Virus record (IMG/VR): IMGVR_UViG_3300028748_000002
Direction: 5' to 3' (one strand)
Length of the DNA: 46,353 nucleotides
Source of the DNA: a virus
Shown here: in pieces, positions 8,015 through 16,047 of the stretch
How positions within the stretch are numbered: position 1 is the stretch's first letter
Layout of the letters: every line of letters begins with the position of its first letter
The notes under the pieces: generated by a model
Seen by the model: the letters and a program-made list of their open reading frames with translations, nothing else
Told to the model about the DNA's origin: nothing
Databases searched by the model: none
Made by a program: the position numbers and the translations under genes

Positions 8015-9500
8015 ATTTCAAATCCCTCAAAGCCTCGTTGCTCACAACGAGCGGACGGTTGAGGGCTACCATAGAAAACGCGCGGCTAAAAGCGTCCACC
8101 ATGTCGTCATGCGTTCCGCCGGGGAAAGCGGCCAGCTCTGCCCGGAGTGGCGCATTCCACGAGCCGCGCAACATAGCCACGTTGCCAATATTCACCTGTG
8201 CGGCCGCCGGTGCTGCCCGGGTGGCTTTGTCCCCGCTCTCCACGGTGGCCGTGACGCGATACCCGGCCAGCTTTTTGGTGAGCTGGAGCGCTTGGCTCTT
8301 GCCAGCCTGCCCCGGGTCTTGTGGGAGGGATATGGCAACGCGTTTGCCGTCGCGCTTGGCCGTGTCCATGATAGCGCGCTCCACGTCCTCCGGGCCGCCC
8401 CGGAGCCGCTCAACGTCCAAGATGACATAGCCGTCCTCGCGCGTCCGCATGAGCTTGAGGCCCACGGTCCAGTCCGGGTCCGCCGTGCCCATCTTTTTCG
8501 TAGCGGCAAGGTCCCACGCGCGCACCGCGTTGGGCGTGGCAACCGGCTCCTCGTCAATGACGGAAAGGCCCGCCACCTTAAACACGGTGCCCTCCCCGAC
8601 CGTTGGGCGGCCTTGATAGAGCGCTTGCCAATCGCGCATGGCCCCGGCCTGCTCATACTCGCGCTTGATAATCTTGAGCGCTTCCCCGTAGCCGTAGCCA
8701 TCATCCCCCCAAAGGCATTGGCCGGGATCGCGGCCCAGAGGATCGGGTGGAATGAGGCCGGTGTCCGGGTCCATGTCATAGGCTTGGGCGGGAAGGTTGA
8801 GCACCTCCCAAAGACCCTTTTGGCGCTCCTGCAAACGGCCGCCAAGGTCGTCCTCGTGCCAACGGGTCATTATCACAATAATCCACGCGCCGGGCTTGAG
8901 GCGGGTGCGGAGGTCGGAGATAAACCAATTCCACGTCTTTTCCCGTTGTGTCTCGCTCTCCGCCGCCTCGCGGGACTTCACCGGGTCGTCTATGAGCACC
9001 CCGTCCGCACGGTTGCCCGCGATGGCCACGCCGACACCGGCGGCCCGGTAGCGCCCACGGTCGTTTGTGGTCCAGAGCGGAGCGGAGCGCTTGCGGAGCC
9101 GGAAAGGCATAAGCTCCGGCATGGCGTCGATGAGCGAGAGGGTGCGCTCGCTAAAGTCCTCCGCGAGCGTGCTGGTGTTGCTCGCCCCGATGAGGTTGAA
9201 GCCCGGGAAGCGCGAGAGCACGTGCGCCGGGAGGAGCTCACTCGTATAGGTGCTCTTGGCGCTCCCCGGGGGCGCGTTTATCATGAGCCGGGGGCACTCG
9301 CCCTTGAGCACCCGCTCCACGGCCTCAATGATTTTGATATGGTGGGCCGCCGGTGCCCAGCCGCGCGGCCGCCCCACCTCCTCGCACCACGTCCGATAGT
9401 CTCCCCGGGCCACCTCGCGCACGGCCGCCCTCGCTTTGCGCAAGTGCTCCATGGCGAGCGCCGGGTTGCTGGCGAGGCGCGTGGCCTCCTCAAGCGTCAT
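7980..9500 (-). CDS. terL: Terminase large subunit (506 aa)
   Basis: Walker A INAPPGSAKST. Start MTLEEATRLAS at 9500, overlapping the upstream stop by 11 nt. C-terminal nuclease-like region (VIMTRWHEDDL). Confidence 0.88.
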   Translation of the reverse strand: MTLEEATRLASNPALAMEHLRKARAAVREVARGDYRTWCEEVGRPRGWAPAAHHIKIIEAVERVLKGECPRLMINAPPGSAKSTYTSELLPAHVLSRFPGFNLIGASNTSTLAEDFSERTLSLIDAMPELMPFRLRKRSAPLWTTNDRGRYRAAGVGVAIAGNRADGVLIDDPVKSREAAESETQREKTWNWFISDLRTRLKPGAWIIVIMTRWHEDDLGGRLQERQKGLWEVLNLPAQAYDMDPDTGLIPPDPLGRDPGQCLWGDDGYGYGEALKIIKREYEQAGAMRDWQALYQGRPTVGEGTVFKVAGLSVIDEEPVATPNAVRAWDLAATKKMGTADPDWTVGLKLMRTREDGYVILDVERLRGGPEDVERAIMDTAKRDGKRVAISLPQDPGQAGKSQALQLTKKLAGYRVTATVESGDKATRAAPAAAQVNIGNVAMLRGSWNAPLRAELAAFPGGTHDDMVDAFSRAFSMVALNRPLVVSNEALRDLKYGLRQGHQPRR

Positions 9501-9957
9501 CAAAATCCGCGTCCTCAACGTCGTCCGCCGGTGCCGGGAGCTGGAGACGCCCAGCCACCTCCACGGCCCGCATAAGCTCGCGTGCAATCTCTTGCGGGCT
9601 TATCTGCTCCAGCTCCTCCGGCGGGGCCACAATGCGGTCTAGAGCGGCTTGGGAATATCGCTTAGGCGCATAGAGCGCGGCAACCCGGAGGTTGGTGTCA
9701 ATGATGACGCGGCGGGTTTTGGGGTCCAGCTCCGTGTCCTTGGCGATGGCCGGGCATTCCTCCACGAGCATGTCCGCCCAGCTTTCGCGCGTGCGCACGT
9801 AGGCGTCTCGCCACTCTGGGCGCTCGTCCAGCCACGCAACCCACGAGGCCCTCCAAACGCCTATGCTATCCAAGAGTGGCTGGAGCGCTCCACCCCTAGC
9901 CAACCCATTGAGAACACGAGAAACAATAATCTCTTTCGTGGCCTCGTCATATGTCAC
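9490..9957 (-). CDS. Probable terminase small subunit (155 aa)
   Basis: GTG start overlapping the upstream TGA (GTGA). Position directly upstream of terL. Helical N-terminus and acidic tail. Confidence 0.55.
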   Translation of the reverse strand: MTYDEATKEIIVSRVLNGLARGGALQPLLDSIGVWRASWVAWLDERPEWRDAYVRTRESWADMLVEECPAIAKDTELDPKTRRVIIDTNLRVAALYAPKRYSQAALDRIVAPPEELEQISPQEIARELMRAVEVAGRLQLPAPADDVEDADFDDA

Positions 9958-10514
9958 GGAAACAAAACCCCAACGAGAGTAACCAACATGTTATCCTCCG
10001 GGAAAGCGTCCATTGCAAGAGCGCCGGTTTTCTTCACCGCGCCAAGGATGAGGTTGCGGAACACCTCCAGCTCATCGCGCCGTTTCACATAAGCGAGAAG
10101 GTGCCCCTTGAGGTCGTCCGTGCCATCCACGTCCACCACCATTTGGTCCTCCAGCACATCCCGGATGGTGGCATAACGCTCCACAGCGCGCTCAATCGCT
10201 TGTTGGTCGGATAGTGTATCCGGTCCCTCGTGGAGCCTGTGCTCCCGGGCCACGGCCTCCTCAAATTCGGTCATTTGCTCGTGTTCATCCACAAGCGCCG
10301 TGAGCTCCCGCTCCAGCTCCGTGTCCGCCTCTGGCCACACCCTATAGGCCTCCAGAAACGCGCGCACTTTTTCCATAACAGTCCAGCCCTTTCGTTGGTG
10401 GTCCCAACACCATAGCGCACCCCGGCCCATGCTCTCAAGTCCCATTTTGGCCACGCTCCCCGGGGCGTCTCGTTGGCGAGGCTTGACGAGGCTTGACGAA
10501 AGTTTATTAATCAT
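9954..10514 (-). CDS. Hypothetical protein, first gene of the late operon (186 aa)
   Basis: ATG at 10514 preceded by AAGGGAG 5 nt upstream. Acidic, helical sequence. Confidence 0.6.
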   Translation of the reverse strand: MINKLSSSLVKPRQRDAPGSVAKMGLESMGRGALWCWDHQRKGWTVMEKVRAFLEAYRVWPEADTELERELTALVDEHEQMTEFEEAVAREHRLHEGPDTLSDQQAIERAVERYATIRDVLEDQMVVDVDGTDDLKGHLLAYVKRRDELEVFRNLILGAVKKTGALAMDAFPEDNMLVTLVGVLFP

Positions 10515-10657
10515 TTACTCCCTTTGTGGTCCTCTCCCAAAAATATACAATGCAGTAGCTTAATGTGTGTAGCGCTAGAGCTGCGATACCTTACCTTACT
10601 GTTTTGTATTTTTCTTATGGGGATATAGGAAAAGAAGAATAGAGGAGTAGATTAAAG
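10515..10657. promoter_or_regulatory. AT-rich divergent intergenic control region (late operon leftward, early operon rightward)
   Basis: A 143-nt non-coding gap that is markedly AT-richer than the flanks. Contains the palindrome tagcgcta, the direct repeat accttaccttac and a TATATT box on the minus strand. No clean -35/-10 pair found by eye. Confidence 0.45.
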
Positions 10658-11152
10658 ATGTTTGACCATAGTTTACGGCCTAGGAGCGATGAAAAGCTCT
10701 TTTATTGGCTCCAGCGTAGCGGCCAGCACATAATCCGCAACCGCCCCGAAATGCTTTTCCCCTACACCTCAATCCTTGGGGGCTTGGAGAGCGCCAACGC
10801 TCTGGCCGCCATTCTGGATTTATCACCCAGCGCCATCCGCTCGTTTGGCGTCCGGCGGCCCAAGCGCAACCCCACGGCCATCAAAAAGGCCTACCTCATC
10901 GCGATATGGGCGGCAGTCACGGAGAGCCATTTCCAAGACCTCGTTGGAAAGTCGGACGTGGCCACACTGTGCGAGGTCGTGGGCATCCCGCCGGAGGCGG
11001 TGCGCAAGGAGCTGGACCTCTCCATGGATATGTGGCGGTCCGCGCGGCAAAAGCGCCCCGCGTGGTTCCGGCGCGCGGCGGAATATGTGATTTTGGGGGA
11101 GCACCCCTACCCTATTTGTTTTGACGAGCTGGATTGGAGACGTGGACGATGA
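10658..11152 (+). CDS. Early hypothetical protein with HTH-like segment (164 aa)
   Basis: ATG with GAGGAG upstream. ALAAILDLSPSAIRSFGVRRPKR resembles the next gene. Confidence 0.6.
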   Translation: MFDHSLRPRSDEKLFYWLQRSGQHIIRNRPEMLFPYTSILGGLESANALAAILDLSPSAIRSFGVRRPKRNPTAIKKAYLIAIWAAVTESHFQDLVGKSDVATLCEVVGIPPEAVRKELDLSMDMWRSARQKRPAWFRRAAEYVILGEHPYPICFDELDWRRGR

Positions 11153-11622
11153 GCAACCCTTTCAAGCCGGGCTTTTGTGAGCCTTCCCGCATGGTCTGGT
11201 GTCGTGAGACGCGCAAATGGCTCCGGAAATATGCCAACCTCACCACCAAGGAGCTGGGCGCAATGCTGGACATGAGCCCGGCCGTCCTGTCTGTCTATGG
11301 ATACCCCCGGCCGGACCGCACCGGCGGTCCTGTGTGGCTGTGCGAAATTCTGGGCGCGATGGTGGCCGGGTGGCGGCCGTCCGTTGACTGGAGCCGCGCA
11401 ACCTTCGCCCAGCGTGAGGAGATTTTTCTGGATGGGCTCAAGGCGAGCGGTTTGCCGGATCAAGAGGCGGAGTGGTTTTTCCTCGCTCGCAATGCCCGCC
11501 ACTGGCGCGCACTCGTGGATGGCCGGGCCTCATCCATGTCCGCTCGGATTGCCGTGATCGGTGAGGCGTTTGTGGCCGGTGTCATCCCGTGCGGCCTGCC
11601 TTTCGGGGAGTGGGCAGAATGA
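11149..11622 (+). CDS. Early hypothetical protein, paralog-like of the preceding gene (157 aa)
   Basis: ATGA overlap. ELGAMLDMSPAVLSVYGYPRPDR aligns with the preceding protein. Confidence 0.6.
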   Translation: MSNPFKPGFCEPSRMVWCRETRKWLRKYANLTTKELGAMLDMSPAVLSVYGYPRPDRTGGPVWLCEILGAMVAGWRPSVDWSRATFAQREEIFLDGLKASGLPDQEAEWFFLARNARHWRALVDGRASSMSARIAVIGEAFVAGVIPCGLPFGEWAE

Positions 11623-11876
11623 AAGGGATAGACCCAGCGCCACATTTTGAAATGGTCGTAACGGCTTTAGGGCTGGAAAATAACGAGCTTATGGATTTGT
11701 CCATATGGGCGCATTTGCCGGACGGAGAAGCCCCGGCGCTCGTATCTTTGTCGGTATCCTCCCAGACCGGAGATATGCCTTGGGAGACAATCGTGGATAT
11801 GCCCTTATCCCAAGCCCGGCTCGTTCGGGACAACCTCGCCGCATTCATTTCGTATCTTGAGGGGGCCGGAGTATGA
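11619..11876 (+). CDS. Hypothetical protein (85 aa)
   Basis: ATGA-coupled start at 11619 (MKGIDPAPHFEM). Confidence 0.55.
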   Translation: MKGIDPAPHFEMVVTALGLENNELMDLSIWAHLPDGEAPALVSLSVSSQTGDMPWETIVDMPLSQARLVRDNLAAFISYLEGAGV

Positions 11877-12157
11877 CCACGCTGTTGAACCTCACGCGCG
11901 CCGCGGAGCGCTTCATAGCCACGCGGGCCAGCAACGAGAGCGCTCACGCCCTCCATATCGCAACGGCCGCCGCGCGGGTCGTGCTGGATGATGAGCATAT
12001 CCGGGGCCGCACGGAGGTGCTCGCGGCCATGGTGTGGGCGGCGGCCGGGGGCGCGCACACAGGCAAGCGCGCCGTGGCGTGGGATCACGAGCACGAGCAC
12101 GAAAAGGAGCGCTATAGGCTTTATGCCCGCACCATCTTGCAAAGCGGCCTTGTCTAA
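11873..12157 (+). CDS. Hypothetical protein (94 aa)
   Basis: ATGA-coupled ATG at 11873. Confidence 0.55.
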   Translation: MTTLLNLTRAAERFIATRASNESAHALHIATAAARVVLDDEHIRGRTEVLAAMVWAAAGGAHTGKRAVAWDHEHEHEKERYRLYARTILQSGLV

Positions 12158-12191
12158 GTTACCAATCCGTTACCACGAAAGGACCACCACC

Positions 12192-12794
12192 ATGGAAACG
12201 CTAAACGAGCGGATACTCGCGGAGGCACAAGCCCGGCCGCAAATCAGCATAGAGCTCATGGACACTTTGCTCCCGGCCACCCGTCCGGACATCGCGGCCG
12301 CGTTCAATTTCCTTGTGAGCTCCGGTGAGCTCGTGACCGTTGGCACCCCCGGGCTCTATCGGCTCCGCAACGCGCACCCGGACCCGGACACTATTCTGGT
12401 GATGCTGGCCAATAGCCCGCGCCCCTTGAGCGAGCTGGAGCGTGCCACGCGGTGGCGGCCGGAGCTGGTGCGGGAGTGCGTGGCCAAGCTCCTTATTGAG
12501 GGCTGGGTTGAACGGACCGGAAAAGACGACCTCCGATGCACCCCGAACGGTTTGCGAAAAATCAATTGGCCCGGCGCTCGTGAATATACCGTCCCGCCCC
12601 ACCCGAACGGCGGCCCGCCTCCGCTGCCGTGGAGCAAGGTCCACGACACGGAGCGCCGTGACCGGCTGGCCGATACCTTCGCCCCGGTGGTTGCCGCATG
12701 GGCGCTCAACACGCCCAGCGTGCCTTGGCACCCGGAAAGGATTGCCCAGCGCGCCTATGAGCTCGCGGACGCAATGCTTGGAGCCGGAGCATGA
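12192..12794 (+). CDS. Hypothetical protein, possible winged-helix DNA-binding protein (200 aa)
   Basis: ATG at 12192 after GAAAGGA. Two segments (AAAFNFLVSSGELV, VRECVAKLLIEGWVERTG) look like winged-helix recognition regions. Inference only. Confidence 0.5.
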   Translation: METLNERILAEAQARPQISIELMDTLLPATRPDIAAAFNFLVSSGELVTVGTPGLYRLRNAHPDPDTILVMLANSPRPLSELERATRWRPELVRECVAKLLIEGWVERTGKDDLRCTPNGLRKINWPGAREYTVPPHPNGGPPPLPWSKVHDTERRDRLADTFAPVVAAWALNTPSVPWHPERIAQRAYELADAMLGAGA

Positions 12795-13108
12795 GCTGGC
12801 AACATGGCCTCTTGGCCACGCCGGAGGGCGTCACCTACGCCACCGTCATGGGCCCACACCCCACCGATGGCTCCGCCGTGGTCGGCTGGGCGCTCTCGTG
12901 GCTCTGTCCGTGGGGATGCACGCACGTGCTCTCATACGAGCCGGAGCTCAATGACGCGATTGAGCTGGCGTGCGCTCGCATGAGCGTGCTGGACCTCCCA
13001 CCAGAAACGAGCCTCATAGTCGTGAGCCCGGTGAGCAAATACCACCACGAGGACCTCACGGCCAAAGCCCAGCGCGCGGCGGACCGTTTCCGGGGGTGCG
13101 CACATTGA
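12791..13108 (+). CDS. Hypothetical protein (105 aa)
   Basis: ATGA-coupled ATG at 12791. Confidence 0.55.
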   Translation: MSWQHGLLATPEGVTYATVMGPHPTDGSAVVGWALSWLCPWGCTHVLSYEPELNDAIELACARMSVLDLPPETSLIVVSPVSKYHHEDLTAKAQRAADRFRGCAH

Positions 13109-13560
13109 GTTGCCTCGTTCTAGGCGATAGCATCGCGGTCGGTATTCAGGCCCAGATGCCCCAATGCGAGGCGCGAGCTGTAAAAGGCATATCCGCGCCG
13201 CGCTGGGATATTCGTTTTCCTGATCCGGTCACGCGGGAGCTGGTCGTTATTAGCTTGGGTAGCAACCCGGCCCCGGGCACGTCCAGAGCGCTCCGGAGGG
13301 TCCGTGAGCGCATTCACGCGCAAAGGGTCGTGTGGGTCATCCCGGCACATGCCAACACCCTTGCGGTGCTCAAGGAGGCGCACCGGCACGCGGACCGCGT
13401 TGTCTGGTTTCGTGCCGGGCAGGACGGCGTTCACCCACGGAGCTACGCGGCCATCCGTTTCCGCATATTTTCACCACGAGAGAAAGGACCGCATGACCAT
13501 GGACCTCAAGACGTTTTCCAAAGCAAACCGCACCCGGTGCGAGCATCCGGAGGGCTTTAA
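13105..13560 (+). CDS. Minimal SGNH/GDSL-family hydrolase-like protein (~151 aa)
   Basis: TTG at 13105 overlapping the upstream TGA. Block I LVLGDSIAVG, block III ISLGSNP and block V QDGVHP are present in canonical order. Confidence 0.55.
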   Translation: MSCLVLGDSIAVGIQAQMPQCEARAVKGISAPRWDIRFPDPVTRELVVISLGSNPAPGTSRALRRVRERIHAQRVVWVIPAHANTLAVLKEAHRHADRVVWFRAGQDGVHPRSYAAIRFRIFSPREKGPHDHGPQDVFQSKPHPVRASGGL

Positions 13561-13858
13561 CCACCCGCTCGCCACGTGGACCCTCTCCGACTGGTTTACG
13601 GCCACTATGGGCGAGCTGGGCGAGGCGGCCAACGTGGCCAAAAAGCTCAACCGCGTCCGGGATGGTATCAAGGGCAACAGTGAGAGCCCCCAACAGCTCC
13701 GCAACATGCTGGCCGATGAGCTCGCGGACACCTTCATTTATCTGGACCTTCTCGCCCAGAGCGAGGGCATAAACCTTGAGGATGCTGTCCGGGACAAATT
13801 CAACCGCACGAGCCGCAAAATCGGTTACGTTTTCGGGGAGAGCAAAGCTCATGGATAA
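13493..13858 (+). CDS. mazG: MazG-like nucleoside triphosphate pyrophosphohydrolase (121 aa)
   Basis: ATG at 13493 after GAGAAAGGA. ELGEAANVAKKL...LADELADTFIYLDLLA matches the all-alpha MazG EExxE/D-type metal-binding helices. Confidence 0.75.
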   Translation: MTMDLKTFSKANRTRCEHPEGFNHPLATWTLSDWFTATMGELGEAANVAKKLNRVRDGIKGNSESPQQLRNMLADELADTFIYLDLLAQSEGINLEDAVRDKFNRTSRKIGYVFGESKAHG

Positions 13859-14258
13859 TTATTCTGCGCGCGCACTCGTGCAAAAGGCCAACGCTGTCCG
13901 CACCGTGGCCCAGCTCACGGAGCTCCTTGAGGCCAAATGGGACAAAATCCGCTTGCTCCAGCAAGAGGCGCGCGAGCTCCGCGATGAGCTGGGCCGCGCA
14001 AAGGCCCGGGAGGCCGTCCCGCACCCGCTGCTAGGCAAGCGGGTCAAGAGACGCGCTCAAGGCCCCTACGGGGGCGCAGGGCGCACGGAGCGGGGCACCA
14101 TGTGCCAGCACACCGGCACGAGCGTGCTCTATGCCGGGGTGGGGCAATATCGCGTTGCCGTGGAGCCCGGCGGGGCCTACGTGCGCACGCTCTCCGGCCG
14201 GGGCGCATATCCGGACATAGTGGACGCGCGCCATGAGCCTTGGGAGCTGGACGAATAA
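13851..14258 (+). CDS. Hypothetical protein (135 aa)
   Basis: ATG at 13851 overlapping the mazG end by 8 nt. Coiled-coil N-terminus. Confidence 0.55.
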   Translation: MDNYSARALVQKANAVRTVAQLTELLEAKWDKIRLLQQEARELRDELGRAKAREAVPHPLLGKRVKRRAQGPYGGAGRTERGTMCQHTGTSVLYAGVGQYRVAVEPGGAYVRTLSGRGAYPDIVDARHEPWELDE

Positions 14259-14259
14259 T

Positions 14260-15222
14260 ATGGCTAGATTATTGGTGAGCTTTTCCGGCGGAGAAACTTC
14301 CGCTTTTATGACGCGCAAAATACTAGAGCGCTGGCAAAACAAATATAGTGAGATTGCTATAGTCTTTGCCAACACCACGGAGGAGAACGAGGCCACGCTT
14401 GTTTTTGTGGACCTTTGCGACAGGTTCCTTTTTGCTCCTCTGGGCCACCGCGTGGCGTGGATTGAGGGCGAGCAAATCCACGGAGAGCGCAAGGCTCCAC
14501 GCGTCCGGGTTGTCTCGTTTGAGACTGCCCGGCGCGAGGGGGAGGCGTTTGAGGATTATATCCGCAAGTATGGTATCCCGAATTCCAAATTCAAAGGATG
14601 CACGCGGGGCCTCAAGCGTAAGCCAATCGAGCAATACGCCAAGACGGTGCTAGGCTGGCCCTTAAATTCTTATGATACGGCCATAGGGATACGCGCGGAC
14701 GAAATGGATAGGCTAAGTAATGACCGGGTCAACCGGCGCATTGTGTATCCTCTCGTCCAAGATTGGCCCACGACAAAACCTAACATTAATACGTGGTTTG
14801 CCGCGCAACCTTTCCGGCTCCAGCTTCGCGGGTACCAAGGCAATTGCCGGACGTGTTGGAAAAAGTCTTTTCGCAAGTTGATGACGATAGCGGACGAAAA
14901 CCCGGCGGCCTTTGACTTTATGGACCGCATGGAGCGCGAATATGGCCACGTAGGGGCGGAATTTCTCAAAGACCCTGCCACTCGCCAGAGCCCTTTGCCA
15001 GATGGGTATAGGCGGACGTTTTTTCGAGAGAATAAGTCCACCCGGGACATTTTTGTCATGCTGGAGGAGCGGCGAGCCGCCGGCACATTTAACCCGGCCA
15101 CGGATGACGCAATGGTCTTTGACCCGGAGCTGGACGCGGCCGGGGGGTGCGGAGAGGAAAAGTGCGAGGTATGGACAGAGGATAGCGAGGACCAAGTTGG
15201 GCCGGACGAGGAGGACGAATGA
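14260..15222 (+). CDS. PP-loop ATPase / PAPS-reductase-family protein (320 aa)
   Basis: LVSFSGGETSAF is an intact SGGxxS PP-loop. CTRGLKRKPIEQY resembles the PAPS-reductase CxxRKxxP motif. Extra Cys pairs GNCRTCW and GGCGEEKCEV. The 5' part is AT-richer than its neighbours. Confidence 0.75.
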   Translation: MARLLVSFSGGETSAFMTRKILERWQNKYSEIAIVFANTTEENEATLVFVDLCDRFLFAPLGHRVAWIEGEQIHGERKAPRVRVVSFETARREGEAFEDYIRKYGIPNSKFKGCTRGLKRKPIEQYAKTVLGWPLNSYDTAIGIRADEMDRLSNDRVNRRIVYPLVQDWPTTKPNINTWFAAQPFRLQLRGYQGNCRTCWKKSFRKLMTIADENPAAFDFMDRMEREYGHVGAEFLKDPATRQSPLPDGYRRTFFRENKSTRDIFVMLEERRAAGTFNPATDDAMVFDPELDAAGGCGEEKCEVWTEDSEDQVGPDEEDE

Positions 15223-15539
15223 GGATTGACCAAGAGCTGGTGGACAGTCTCGTAGAGGAGCTCGCGCGGGAATATACCCCCAACGGAAACCTCCATATTT
15301 TTGCGGTCATCGCGGCCGCCACCGTGGCGAATAATCTGGACCGGATAGCCACGGCTCTGGAGGCGCTCATCCCGGTCACACAACCGGCCCCGGAGCAACC
15401 CCCGGAGCCGGACAGTGATGGCGAGCCGTACTCTCGCCCCTTGTGCATTCATGCCGTTTGCCCGCACCCGGAAATTTGCAAGTATGTGAAGGTCACCGGG
15501 TGCGGGAAAACGCCCTTTTACAAGGAAACGCCCTTTTAA
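15219..15539 (+). CDS. Hypothetical Cys-rich small protein (106 aa)
   Basis: ATGA-coupled to the PP-loop gene. C-terminal CIHAVCPHPEICKYVKVTGCGK. Confidence 0.55.
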   Translation: MRIDQELVDSLVEELAREYTPNGNLHIFAVIAAATVANNLDRIATALEALIPVTQPAPEQPPEPDSDGEPYSRPLCIHAVCPHPEICKYVKVTGCGKTPFYKETPF

Positions 15540-15835
15540 TCGGCCGTGGGGAGTACCCGGCCTTTCGTGTCCTCCGTGGGGATAAACCGCTCCGGCAAGT
15601 CCCCATGGAGGATGAGGTCATAGATGACGCACGCGGGCCCGGAGAGCACGCCCTTGCTCTCCCAATGGAACACGGAGGCCCGGGAAACGCCCATCATGCG
15701 CGCCATGGTGCTGGCGTCCAGATTGAGCCGGTCCCGCGCTTGGCGGGCCATGCTGGCCGTTATGGCCCCGGCTCCGGCGCGTGGCGCGTTCACCTTGTCC
15801 AGCAATTCGTTAAGGCTCATGCCGGTCTTATCCAT
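15536..15835 (-). CDS. XRE-type helix-turn-helix DNA-binding protein (99 aa)
   Basis: LDASTMARMMGVSRASVFHWESKG is a classical HTH. Converges on the plus-strand block with a 4-nt overlap. Confidence 0.7.
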   Translation of the reverse strand: MDKTGMSLNELLDKVNAPRAGAGAITASMARQARDRLNLDASTMARMMGVSRASVFHWESKGVLSGPACVIYDLILHGDLPERFIPTEDTKGRVLPTAD

Positions 15836-16043
15836 TGTCGTGATGTTCCTCTAAATATTGTGCGGCTCGTGCCGCGCTGGCGAAAAGACGGGGGCCCGCG
15901 TGGGCCATGACCACGCGCTCCGGTGCGTGCCAAGCCACCCACCCGGTTCCCATCATACGAATAGCCCGGCGGCCGTCCTCGTGGTCAAAGCCGCATCCCA
16001 CGTCCGGGTGGATACGGGTATATCTGGCGAGGTGGTTGCTCAT
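15828..16043 (-). CDS. Hypothetical protein (71 aa)
   Basis: ATG at 16043; tiled with its neighbours. Confidence 0.5.
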   Translation of the reverse strand: MSNHLARYTRIHPDVGCGFDHEDGRRAIRMMGTGWVAWHAPERVVMAHAGPRLFASAARAAQYLEEHHDNG

Positions 16044-16047
16044 GCGC

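Noticed and set aside
7722-9575. 617-aa plus-strand ORF antisense to the terminase and portal genes. Similar long antisense or off-frame ORFs occur at 34483-35874, 40347-41696, 25282-26610, 41738-42799, 17709-18518, 6797-7903 and 21500-22147.
   Set aside because: Their products are Arg/Pro/Gly/Ala-rich with no motifs. This is typical of stop-poor alternative frames in GC-rich DNA. Each lies fully inside a gene with clear family motifs and operon coupling on the other strand or frame.
12970-13104. N-terminal extension of the SGNH-like ORF (196-aa track version). Similar long upstream extensions occur in the track ORFs at 3893-5242, 2360-3535, 33449-34459, 44311-45057, 43758-44738, 30125-30823 and 17944-20586.
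   Set aside because: The extensions overlap the upstream gene in another frame and are Arg/Gly/Pro-rich. Internal starts that abut or overlap the upstream stop codon (ATGA, TAATG) give coherent operon tiling.
15536-15835. Lysogeny module (a CI-like repressor implying a temperate phage).
   Set aside because: An XRE-type HTH is present, but there is no integrase, excisionase, partition system or att-like repeat. HTH proteins alone do not indicate temperate behaviour.
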